Shown here one piece after another: positions 42,655 through 53,854 of a stretch of 64,000 nt of DNA. Under the pieces are notes generated by a model. It was not told the DNA's origin, did not search any database, and was given only the letters and a program-made list of their open reading frames with translations. The position numbers and the translations under genes were made by a program. Positions within the stretch are counted from its first letter, which is position 1; each line of letters starts with the position of its first letter. Origin of the DNA: Calcarisporiella thermophila CBS 279.70 (Eukaryota; Fungi; Calcarisporiellomycota); contig NW_027192205.1 in NCBI RefSeq assembly GCF_041956535.1, forward strand, positions 62,001-126,000, given 5' to 3'.

Positions 42655-44074
42655 TTCCAATGAAAAAAGCTTGTGATGAAATTAAATGTCTTTGCGGTGA
42701 GGAGAGACAAAGACGTCGGAGGTCACGCCTTTTTTTTGATATGAAGTCTCTGTGACTGCTTTAATATATTCATTAGGTTAACCTAGCCTGAGATTTCAGT
42801 CCATATCTCCGTCCCTTTAAACTCGACAACATATGAAAACGAATTTGAGATACCATTCGAAGTGTGTATTCCAAATTAATTGTCAAGTTTGATCCTAACT
42901 AAACAGTATTAGATGACAGGTTAGAATGTATTATATCAAGATAGCGGGAGCTTTTAATAGATGACTGCAGCTGTGATGAGGAAATTAAAGTACAGAGATA
43001 AAATAAAAAAAGCGGACTGAAAAGAAACAATAGAAAAATAAGGAGCGTAGTAAAAGACGCGAAAAAATTATCTAGGAAAATATATCAGAGGCCACCCCAA
43101 GAAATAAAAGAGAAGGGAGAGAATACAAAAGTGAAACGGTTTTTTTAACCAATTGTGATGTTCTTAATAAAAACGATAATAGAAACCAATTAAATAGGAA
43201 AACGCCCACCCGTTTTTTCTTTTTCAACGATTAACGAAATGAAGGTAATAGTATATACAGGTAACCATTATATAGCAACAGTTTTTATATTTTTTTACTT
43301 TAATCTTGGTTCAAAGAGCTGGAATTGATTCGTGTCTAACCAGCAGCGATTCTGACCCCAGTAGCATGTTGAAGAGAAGAGAAGCAGAAGAAGCATTGTG
43401 CAATATATACTATAATATAGAGGAATTAGTTTAATTTGTATTTAAGGTAAGATGGCAAAGCGAAAATAATCGTGAAATAAAAAAATAATTTACCATGGTC
43501 GCTGATGTAAGTAGTATGAGATCAGAAACATGAATACAAAATATGGAGGTGCATCCGGGAATGGTAACAATAGTAGAGGGATGAACCATCTCATGCAGTA
43601 CATTTTGTTTTTAGTAAGATCGCACTGATCGGGAAGATTCTACGGATCTACCTGAGATGTAGGAAGTTTATAGTTTTGGGGAACGAGTAGCCTGCGCCAG
43701 CCACACTAAAATTTCAGACTGAGTTTCAGCTTCCGTCCTTTATTTTTTATTTAATCGCAACCTCTTAAGTGCTCTCCAAGTTATTCTATATTCGGATAAT
43801 TAAATGACATTGTTGCAGAGTCCAATTAATACTATACACGTATTTAATAATCCATATAATATAGAGTTACCATAAAGATTGCCCCCGGGATTTACCCCGA
43901 AAAGTGCTCTCTTTTAAAACGATACTAAACGTTTGAATATTATTTCTCACGGCTTATTTCAAGTGAAACATCTTATCGATTACGCATTCACATGTAAATG
44001 CGTAATCGACAATCCCTAGTTTTTTAATCCTCGCATTTTGTATTTTCTCTTGAATAAATTCCCACCTTGCCACC

Positions 44075-45874
44075 ATGATTGACAACTTGGTCAAGTTTGC
44101 TTTTTCGTTTGCTACGGTCGCTGATTTACTTACGAATGAAAAGCCGCCCCACCTTGAGAAAACTGCATCAGAGAGCAAGCAAGCGATTGAGTCAAACGAG
44201 CCCCTCAATACCGAAGCAGAACCTCTTCTGAATAAAAATGTGAATAGCAGCCAGGTCCCGCCACCTATCTCTACAGAGGCAAGGAGTGAAATTATTTCAA
44301 AATGGCTGGGGATCCCGCGACAAGCACCGCTGAAAGTTGGGGTTTTGCTAGGGAATAATCTAGACACTTACGATCTAACACAGGCGACAAGGATGTTCTC
44401 GCTTATCCCAGATACAGAAATATTAACCATCGCGGAAACAGAAGACCCAGTGGTCACTTACGAAGGTGTATCCATATTACCAGATCATACATTTGAAGAA
44501 TCTCTCGAGTTAGATGTTTTGGTCATAGTTGCCAATATTGGCCCTGATCCATCTATTTCGACCTATCTACGGAAAGTCGGTCCAACGATAAAAAAGTATA
44601 TCATTACCATTTGTCAGGGCTCCATGGTTCTGGCAGCATCGGGTCTGCTGGATGGAAAACAAGCGACTACCGTAAAAATGCTCTGGCCAATGACTCGTAT
44701 GTTCTCACAAGTTAAGTGGGTAAAACAGGCTAGATTTACACACGATGGAAATATTATTACGACCAGTGGGGCAACGGCTGGTTTGGATGGCATTCTCTAT
44801 GCCGTTCAACTGCTTTATGGTGAAAAAGTAGCGCACACCCTTGCAGAAATCAGTGAATATAAATGGAATTCAGATCCCAGCCATGACCCCTTTACAGATC
44901 TCGCTGAAGAATTCCCCATTTTTCCAAGCATATTCATACCTGTTTCGCCATCTTTCAATTTGATCAATGCCTCACTCGGTTTGATTACTTTATTTACCAC
45001 AGTTTCCACTAACATTGGAGCATTGATACTACTTCAACTTCGTGAAATTGTGACTATGCTAAGTAAAACCTGGCAGAATGAACAGTATCGTACGGATAGA
45101 GAGGAGACGTCCACTAGGCATAAAAAGCGGACAAAACGTGGGCTACCAGTTCTCCCAAAGACAATTAAAGATGGACTGCAATCTCGGGTTTTGAGAATTC
45201 CTCGGCAGAAGTCCATGAATGTTGGTGTGTTAATTGGGAATAACATGGACTCGTTTAATATGATGTCTGCGTCAACGATGCTTAGCTTCATTCCCGACGT
45301 GCATATTTTACCTATTGCGGAAAACTCGGATCTCATTCGTACAATGGACGGCTTTCGTATTAAACCTATGTATACCTTCCAAGATCATGTCGACTTGGAT
45401 CTCTTGGTGGTGCCTGCAGGAGTGGGTCCTAATTCGGCCACCACCTCCTGGCTACGCAGAGTCATTCCTAGCGTAAAAAAATATGTTTTGACTATATGCG
45501 AAGGTTCCATGACTCTGGCCGCAACAGGATATTTGAATGGGAAATCTGCCACCACTGCTAAATCACTTTGGAAGTCGACGGAGCTGTTTCCGCAGGTGAA
45601 ATGGTCTAAGAGAGCGAGATTTACCCACGATGAAAAGTTTATTACCACGAGTGGGGCGACAGCAGGGTTAGATGGGGTATTCTACACAGCACAGCTTATC
45701 TACGGCGAAGATGTTGCCCGTAAAATTGCTAAGGTTAACGAATATGACTGGAACCTGGATCCCAACCTCGATTCGTTTTCTAACCTCGATAAAGAGTTTG
45801 ACTTTGTTCCCCATATTCTATTTCCATCGTTTACTTCATTCAGAACAAATAACACGGAAAGTGACGTCATTTAA
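44075..45874 (+). CDS. Tandem double DJ-1/PfpI (isonitrile hydratase-like) protein, intronless, 599 aa
   Basis: Two homologous units offset by 885 nt. Each has VGVLxG, P-x-x-TF, LD(V/L)LV, TIC(Q/E)G, GxLxGKxATT, RFTHD, ITTSGATAGLDG and EYxWNxDP. Confidence 0.9.
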   Translation: MIDNLVKFAFSFATVADLLTNEKPPHLEKTASESKQAIESNEPLNTEAEPLLNKNVNSSQVPPPISTEARSEIISKWLGIPRQAPLKVGVLLGNNLDTYDLTQATRMFSLIPDTEILTIAETEDPVVTYEGVSILPDHTFEESLELDVLVIVANIGPDPSISTYLRKVGPTIKKYIITICQGSMVLAASGLLDGKQATTVKMLWPMTRMFSQVKWVKQARFTHDGNIITTSGATAGLDGILYAVQLLYGEKVAHTLAEISEYKWNSDPSHDPFTDLAEEFPIFPSIFIPVSPSFNLINASLGLITLFTTVSTNIGALILLQLREIVTMLSKTWQNEQYRTDREETSTRHKKRTKRGLPVLPKTIKDGLQSRVLRIPRQKSMNVGVLIGNNMDSFNMMSASTMLSFIPDVHILPIAENSDLIRTMDGFRIKPMYTFQDHVDLDLLVVPAGVGPNSATTSWLRRVIPSVKKYVLTICEGSMTLAATGYLNGKSATTAKSLWKSTELFPQVKWSKRARFTHDEKFITTSGATAGLDGVFYTAQLIYGEDVARKIAKVNEYDWNLDPNLDSFSNLDKEFDFVPHILFPSFTSFRTNNTESDVI

Positions 45875-46137
45875 TGCAATTTATAATACAATTTGTTAAT
45901 TTTGTAGCGATATATCCTTGCATTTCCTGACATATGAATTTCAATGCTCAGCATACCCTCGATTATGATGAATTAAATAGGAGTTGTTCAAACTGGGTAT
46001 TGTCTAGAAACAAATTCGAATCAAATATAATAGGGTAAGGTATTCGAACGATAAAGTTATTGCAGTTTATTCTGGTAATTCAATAAGTTCACATATAGGT
46101 TGAATACGTTTAGCCAGGATCCTCAACTGCCGATCCA

Positions 46138-46338
46138 TTAGCGCCTGCAGCACATGCTGCCCTGCTTCCCGTTGGGTGTATAACATCCACCGCTACAGCG
46201 CATATTCATGTTCTTGCAAACGGTGCACGACCCGTATCTAGAAATGATACAATCACATTCGGCTCCTTGAGCCTCTTGAGCTTGAAGAACAAAAGCCAAG
46301 AATAGAGTGAAGACAAAGAGAGTGAAAGCGAACTTCAT
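46138..46338 (-). CDS. Small secreted cysteine-rich peptide (66 aa precursor, 8 Cys)
   Basis: Signal peptide MKFAFTLFVFTLFLAFVLQAQEAQG and an 8-Cys cationic mature region. An upstream TATAAA lies on the minus strand near 46424-46429. Confidence 0.8.
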   Translation of the reverse strand: MKFAFTLFVFTLFLAFVLQAQEAQGAECDCIISRYGSCTVCKNMNMRCSGGCYTPNGKQGSMCCRR

Positions 46339-48539
46339 GATTCCTCAGAGATCACAATGAATATTGCCGTAACTAAGAATTATAATATTGAAAATGTGTA
46401 AAGACGCTTCATTTCACCATCCAATTTATATTGTCTTGGAGATTATGACTCATGTAATCTTGAGACTCGAACATAGTGAAATCAGATTCGGCGTAGATGC
46501 ACAAAATTGCAAAGCTTACCTGAAAATGCATATTAAATTTTAGCCTTATTCGATTCTCTCATTAAGTGTAATCAAACCAGCTAATGCTTCTATTTCACCA
46601 AAGTGTGTTTGAAGCGTGACTAGGCGCCACGAATCTCGATCTCGGACAGTGAAATATAATACCTTTGGACCAGTAAAATGCGTGGACGGCAATAATCTCC
46701 TACTCTAGGAGGAGGATATGCCTTCTATAGAGTTCAACTTCTCATACTAAATTAACAATACATAGTTTTTCAGAGTAACAATGTATTAGTCATCCGTCCC
46801 ATTAACCTTCTCAGCTATTACTAGTGATTAAAATCTTAATTAACCTTGTTTTAATAATTGCGTGGAAAAGTTAGCTATAATAGTAGAACTATATTTTTAT
46901 TCCTTAATCTATGGGAGTCATAAATGCGACAGTACACCGAACATTCTTATGATCATTCATGCGTATAAATGGTTTTGTGTTGATATATTGTAGGTTAAGT
47001 ATCAAATATACGCACCTTCCAACTTAAGCTTTTGCAAGATTGCACAATATTAGTACTCTATATAAATGCGCCTATTTTTTTCCCATGCTCCAGCATGAAT
47101 TTAATATTTAGTTTTGGCATGATACTATGGGAGAAAGAATTTGCACCCGCATTAATAAAAGCATTTGGTAACTATACTCTACAGTGACGATGATGTGTTC
47201 TTAAAAATCTTTTTTTTATTGCTCCATCTGATTTTTTTTAGTTTTGAAATCCTGAGAAAATCAATTAGAGTTGTCGGGTAAATTCATATATTCGTTGTAA
47301 TACTTGGCTAGTAAGCTATTTGACAAACCGTCATCGATGTGGTGTACAATTTTAGCATACGATCAAGTAACTCAATTACTATCTCCACTATTACTGGTTT
47401 GGGTTAAAAAAAGTATACTTCAGGTAAATCGGAAGCATGCCGCAATAGCAAAAGCTAGCCTCGATAGAGATTTTAAATCTCAATTAGTGGATATCCTTCG
47501 AGAAGGAGGTGAAGACGAGTTTCCATGAAGAGCAAATGGAATATTGAAATTGAAATTTGGTTAGCCAGATTGGATCCTTTAAAGTTACTTTTGTTCAGAG
47601 ATTTCTTCCTCAATAAAAATTTCTACAACCAATAATTCAATCTTTCCTTTTAATAATTGACGTTTTACATTTCCTTGGGCGTCTCCAAGTTATCCAGTTT
47701 CCTAATAATCCTACGTGTCATATTTAGCGGGGTAATAGTGATAGGCTCGATCTAATATTTTCCAAGCTGTCATGCGACTTTTCCGCGAGGTACTGCCTAT
47801 GGGTAACTTTGTTATTTCAGCCAATGGACAAGCGGGTTTCTCACCCGCTTTTTTTTTTGTGTCGTTACGCGTACTCCTGATGTGTTGCTACAGGACTACT
47901 TAGGCTGTTTGCTTAACTAATTTGAAATTGTCATTGATGCTTTCAACGATATTTTTTCGCCTGCAAGTTTGCAATCAAATACGATTTATTATAATCGACT
48001 GGCTAGGGTTGGATAAAAATTGGGCCCCAATTTAGTAAGAAAATTATGGCCAGACATTGAGAGGATGAGTGGTGAATTCAATGAGTTGACGAGTTTAATC
48101 AGTATACAGTATGAAGTTACAATCTCTTGTATTCTTCTTATCTCTTCATATTTGCTATCAATCACGCAGTTACAAGAATAAGCAAACAGGAGCATATGGG
48201 GTTAATAAGTGATTCGGAATATCTACCAAACTCTATGGCAAATCCCACGATATAGCTTTACTCTTCTGCTTTGACAAGGCATACATGCTTATTGACGAGA
48301 AGAAAGACAATGAATATGAAAATTGCAATCTTAGGCTCCGCTTTTGGCAGCATTTCATTAGTTGTGTCACTTGTTTTTTTGGTTTTTTTGCCGCTAATAA
48401 TAAGAATGGCCCCCATTCAAAAAGTACAGTTGAATCTATTTTAGCCTTTTCCCTACCTAGCAACTTAGGATGTCCTAGTAGCTAATAAACTACCTGAATG
48501 CCCTGCATCGCTACAACTTGTTCAGTACAGAAATCCATT

Positions 48540-49750
48540 ATTTGGTGTATTAGATCAGCATGGGGATCATCTCTGGAATGCCTTGAGTTAAGCACCAGCA
48601 ACGCTCATTTTATCAAACGTAGAAGAGAGCGAGAGGCACTTGTGCGATTTGCTTGTCTAGCTGCTGTGAAAATATAGCCTACAGCAGCACTAACCCATGC
48701 AATTGTCACAGGCTATATGGCTACTATGATTGGAATTTCACCTGCTCGGTCCAAGATTTATCTTACATACCCACCTGAAAAGCCCTGACGGCTCTCTCCT
48801 TATATGTGACCGAGCCCGAGTTGTCAAGGGATATTCAATGGCTGGCTGTAGCAATATCTCAAGGGGTTGTAGACTCGAGTGAATGTGGTGAGGCGACCGT
48901 TCACGTTGCATTATTACGGGTCGTACAAAAAGACCTGCCAGGGCAAAATCGTATTCGATGTTAAAATATCATTCTGCGTGCCTCTCAACGTGCTGAAGTT
49001 TCTCTTATCCTTAGTGTTGCATGTGAAAGATGATGCATACAGGGAGGATTGCGATAGCCCAAACACTCTAAGGTACCATCAGGACATTTAACTTAACAGC
49101 ATATTGACCGCGTTTTTTAACATCCTACTTTGGTTAACCTGAGAAAATGACCGAAAAATTGCTCAATCTAATAAAGACAAAAGGGGTGGATTAGATCTAC
49201 AAAGACTCCCGAGAAGAAGTCGAAATTGTTTCAGGACAGGTTGCTTTCAACCACTTTCTCTCATTGTACTTCAATACCGATATAGGTAATCCTTCACTCT
49301 GCGGATGAGATCTCAGTGTGGCCAACCTGAAAGCCTGTTGGCAACAACTCGCTGCCATCTCTATGATGCACGTGTACATAGCAGTTGGCCTTGTTATTCC
49401 TGTCAGTTTAGTGGTTAGGCGGTTTCCTCCATCGCTGTACAAGTGAGAAATTGGCACGAGGAAACGACTGAGCATGTCAGCTTCAATATTTTGACCATGG
49501 AGATATTGGCTAAGAGCTGGTTTAGCGTATTTACTCCGACACACATAAATCTCTACATTTCTCTCAAAGGCTCTCGAGTTACAGCGGGAGGGTCTCTCCC
49601 ACTCCTGCCCATCCTAAGCCAACTGACATCCGGGATCCCAAGCTATATGATCAAATCCAAATGCCAATCGTTTGCAACCACTAACAAGTTGGTGGAAGAG
49701 CTGGAGATTATTTGTTACTCTGGGCTTCTAGAGATCCCTTCCAGTGTATG
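48540..49750 (-). mobile_element. Possible degenerate retroelement fragment (RNase H end + tyrosine recombinase N-terminus; DIRS/Ngaro-like)
   Basis: YLHGQNIEADMLSRF resembles the RNase H C-terminal motif (H/Y-x-P-G-x-x-N-x-x-A-D-x-L-S-R). Weak recombinase-like fragments lie downstream. Stops present. Boundaries are approximate. Confidence 0.35.
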
Positions 49751-50616
49751 AAAATCGACTTACTATGACAATACCGAGACTTCAGAGACCCTAGGAGAGA
49801 CAATAGATCAAAGCAACTAAATCCTTAATTTTCTGAATACATGCGTCCAAATTTGAGGTGGTTTATTTTAATTATTGCAGTCATACTAGTCGATTATGAA
49901 GATGCACGTGCCATTCGTAGCCAGGTGGAAATATCAATATAAATAGCTAGAGTTCTGAATATAATTCAGCGTTTCCGATGAATTGGCTCATCTGTGGAAA
50001 CTTTAATTTTCTAAACACTTTGCTGCGAAAACGTGAGTCCTTCCCTAAGTATCTAAAATCTTAGAATAATTCCATCTCATGAACTGTTTTTTTGCTAAGT
50101 TTTTAAGATCTTGATTCAGGTATAGAATCAAGGATAGTTGTTTTGGACAAACCAGCTGAGGTCAAGGATCTTGTCATTAGTATTAATCGATGCCGTCAGT
50201 CTTTGTCATCTCGTCAAAACTGCTTAGAGATATATATGCATCTGCTCCAATATTTCTAGCGATGCCTTCCAGAGAAAGCTAGAATCGGATTTAGGGGAGA
50301 AGCACTTTGTAAACAGCATTGGCATTTACAATCAAATACGAAAGGTCTTGATTTTTAGCATTTTTCTTTATTGGTGAATGTGAAATATAAGTGTATTTAG
50401 TTATGTATTGGATTGGGGGGTTTTCTTCCACAAATTTTGGAAGAACATAGAAAAGAGAAGAAGCATCCAAGGAAATATTTCAAAGGGAATGTATGTCATC
50501 GTTCAATATAGAGAATAAATAAATGAGAGGAGACACTTAAAGAGAGGACTGGGTTATACGTTAAAATGGTAAAAAAAACAGGGCAGCGCACAAATCATTT
50601 ACCAATAAATAATCAC

Positions 50617-51749
50617 CTACTCCTGCGAGGACAAGAGTTCCTTCTTCTCTTCCACCTCCTCTTCCGTCGTTGTCTTCTTAACAGTAACAACCACATTTTC
50701 GTATTGGGGAGGGGGAATGGGCTGCGAAATGGAAGAGTATCCGTGGCGTTTCGCAAGCAAGAAGCAAGCTACAGCGACGAAAATTGCCCGAAGAGCAAGG
50801 AGGGCGAGCGCGGCAACCACACCAACGGCAATGGAGATTGTGAAATGCACGAAATCGGATTGCTGCATCCACCAGTCGGTCAACTTGGCTACAAAGTCGT
50901 CCTCAGGCTCCGACAACACGTCAGGCTCAGATGAGACCGCAGCATCGTCATTAGGAACAGGGCTCATAGGCAAAGCTGGGAGGGCATCGATGGCGGATGC
51001 CGGAGGGGGAGAATTGATCGCCTCATCCATCTTTGAAATAGTGATAAGGGTAGGGGCATGTCGGATAAGTTTACCCAGACCATCGATCTCAAGAACCTGT
51101 TGAGCAGCTTGAGTTTGAACCACTGTAACGCCGTTGACCTCTACAACGCGCTCCATAACAGTAATTCGGAGAATTTCGATAGCATCCAACGTAAGGACAC
51201 GTTCCGCCTGTGCCAATACCTCAACAGCAACAATGCCGCGATCGAACATGTTTTCAACCACATCCATTTGTTCCTCAGTCTGGATTTGAGGGCCTGCAGC
51301 AATGGCTGCATCCACATTGACACGTGAGACGCCCAGTTGTAGGGGATGACCGTTGAGGCAGAGCTGTAAAAAAAAGGACGAATTTGGATCAATATAAATT
51401 ATTTCGCAACCTTCCTGAGGTTGATATAGCCATTACATACCTGATTATCCTTGATGTCGAATTTAATAGATACGGACATGATACGCTCTGCTAGCAAACT
51501 ACCGTCATCATCCACTAAGTCGTCCACGCGTTCCACTGTAACTGTCAATTCCTCAGTATCAGGTGAAATACGCTGTTCACTAACGTCCAGAGTTGTGGTG
51601 GACTTGTCCTCCATGGGGGCGGCTTGAACGAGCGCTGGTCATTTATGGTTAATCATTAATAATCAACCCTCGGAAAATATTCAACCAAGAGAATCATTAC
51701 CTTGTAAAAGCACCAAGACAATTAAGAGCACTGAAAAAAATCGTTTCAT
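50617..51749 (-). CDS. Uncharacterised type I membrane protein (signal peptide, acidic lumenal domain, TM, PPxY tail)
   Basis: Three exons: MKRFFSVLLIVLVLLQ|ALVQAAPMEDK...DIKDNQ|LCLNGHPLQLG...; TM FTISIAVGVVAALALLALRAIFVAVACFLLA. Confidence 0.8.
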
Positions 51750-52123
51750 TTCGACTAAATTCAAAAAGCAGATAAAAAGAGATGAGGTTGATTTTCAACG
51801 GAAAAAAAAACTAAAGGATAACAGATAAAAAAACAGCGGCCAAGGAATATTACAAGTGGGTTGGGCTGTGCGAACTTAAAATGAAAAAAAAATGGAGATA
51901 GCATGTGACTGCGCTTTATATTTAGTGTTCCAAGGTGATTGGCAAGCCTCTGGGGAAATCCATCTATTGAAACATGGCTTCCATTCCATTCGACTTTTCA
52001 AGGCTCTTCCAGATGCAGTTTGTTTTCTCAAATTGGATTAAGTCAAAAATGTGCGAATGACTCTTTATAGTACATAAAACAAGAAGAAGCAATTATACAA
52101 ATAGTACATAGCAAAATTTCGTC

Positions 52124-53106
52124 TCACGCAATCTTGCTGTAGACGATTAATCCTATGAGTGCAACGACCGCCAAAAGAATAACACTGGATATCATGCGAT
52201 TAGTGGCGGCTCTACAATTCCATAGGGTAAGTCGGCCTTCGCTAAAATAAGACTCATGTTTCAACCGTCATACCTCCACGCAATTCCTCTAATCGTTCTG
52301 TGAGCTCTTTCTAGCTCGACGTCGGCCTGTCCCAACTCCTGCTGGGTGAATTGTATCTGCTCTCGCTGTTGTCGTAGTGCTCCTAATACCCCCGCGCCAA
52401 TGCTCTCGGTTTCTACAGCAATGCGGTTTGCGTTATCTAGTCTACGATTAGCGTCCACCACTCGGTGGTATCCACTTAGAAGATGGGCGCGCTGAGAGAA
52501 GTTCCCAGCGTCATAATCCTCACTGGTAGTAGTGTATTCATATGCGTTGGGAAAATTATGAATGACACGTTTCTAATAGAAAGGCAGGATAAGTAGTAGG
52601 ATACTGATATTCTACGTGAAACATGGAGTAAAGGATTACCACATCTCTTTTCAGTCGCTGCAAATCGGCTCTATAACTCTCAAGGCGTGCATTAATTCGT
52701 GGTTGCGAAAACTGTGGCACATTAAACACCTCTATTTCCATTTGATTCACCTATAGATAGAATTAGCATATAGGCTGAGTTCTGACTAAATGGCCTAAAA
52801 ATAATTACAATCTCTTCAGCTTCTGCCAGCTCTCTATCTGTCACTCGGAGGATGGTTTCCCGTTGTTCTTAATGAGGTTACAGGTTATATAGCTTCCGGA
52901 GCGGAAGAGATCAAGACATCAAATGTAGAGTTACCTCCTTTTAGTTTGGGCAGATCGTGGTATAATTTTGTTTGGATTGCCTGGGCAATCGCTGCATAGT
53001 CTAGTTCATAACTCTCAAATAATTCTAAAGTATCATGTAAAATGGTTGATATAAACGATTCTCATGCGAACGAAATAGAACTGCAGTTACCTGATCCTGC
53101 TTCCAT
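52124..53106 (-). CDS. VTI1: Qb-SNARE Vti1
   Basis: Spliced: LFESYELDY...EAEEIVNQMEIEV...QRAHLLSG...RRLDNANRIAVETESIGAGVLGALRQQREQI, plus a C-terminal TM. Confidence 0.9.
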
Positions 53107-53854
53107 AGCTTATATAAAATTCAGAATTGGATGGGCTCTTCCAGATCAAGTTGAGCACTAAAATTTTGCCGCTGAGCTTATTAAATTTAAACGTGACCTG
53201 CTAGTATGACCGAATTTCTAGGGAGAATCAAATCAGAGGTCTTCTCGAATGCTGCAACTAGTCACCAACATCTTATTAGAAGAGGACTGGGTTTGCAAGC
53301 AATCTAAATGAATATAGAATACTAACGCTACTTACAATAACAATTGTTACTTCGTTTAGTTCCTGTAAATGTCAAACTTGATAGGGCCTATGATATTAAT
53401 CATCATAGATATTTCGTCAAACCTGAGCTGCCGCCTCAGCCTTATCCATGGATTAGTTTCCTGAATCCATTAGGGATCTTGTTAATAGACTCTCAAGTAT
53501 CCTCCCGCCTTTCTCCCACTGATGACCTGATATCTGAAGACATTAATCTGGTGGCTACTTCTACATGACCCTCTGATCAGACTTTGATAGGTGATCTTCG
53601 TTATTTTACTCTTATCATTAAAGAATACGATCCGGGTCTATTTTCTTTAACCCTTCTCCTCATTCCAACATTAAATGTATCCACTCGACCTTGAGCCTTC
53701 TTGGATATGCTTGTTGGATATACATCCCGGTTCTGTCGGATCCAATCCTCAATTCTATATTAATTTTAGGAAAGGCGGAATATTCCTTAAAATTTCCATT
53801 TCCTTGCAATTCTAGCAATATTCCTTTGTGGTTTTTGATTGACAAAGGATCTCA

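Noticed and set aside
42972-43020. TGATGA...CTGA resembling a C/D-box snoRNA
   Set aside because: The span is only about 47 nt, the interior is A-rich, and there is no terminal stem or recognisable guide.
44075-45874. Recent bacterial transfer of the DJ-1/PfpI gene, suggested by its lack of introns
   Set aside because: Composition is host-like and the EYxWxxDxxxDPF ending resembles fungal members of the family. Lack of introns alone is insufficient.
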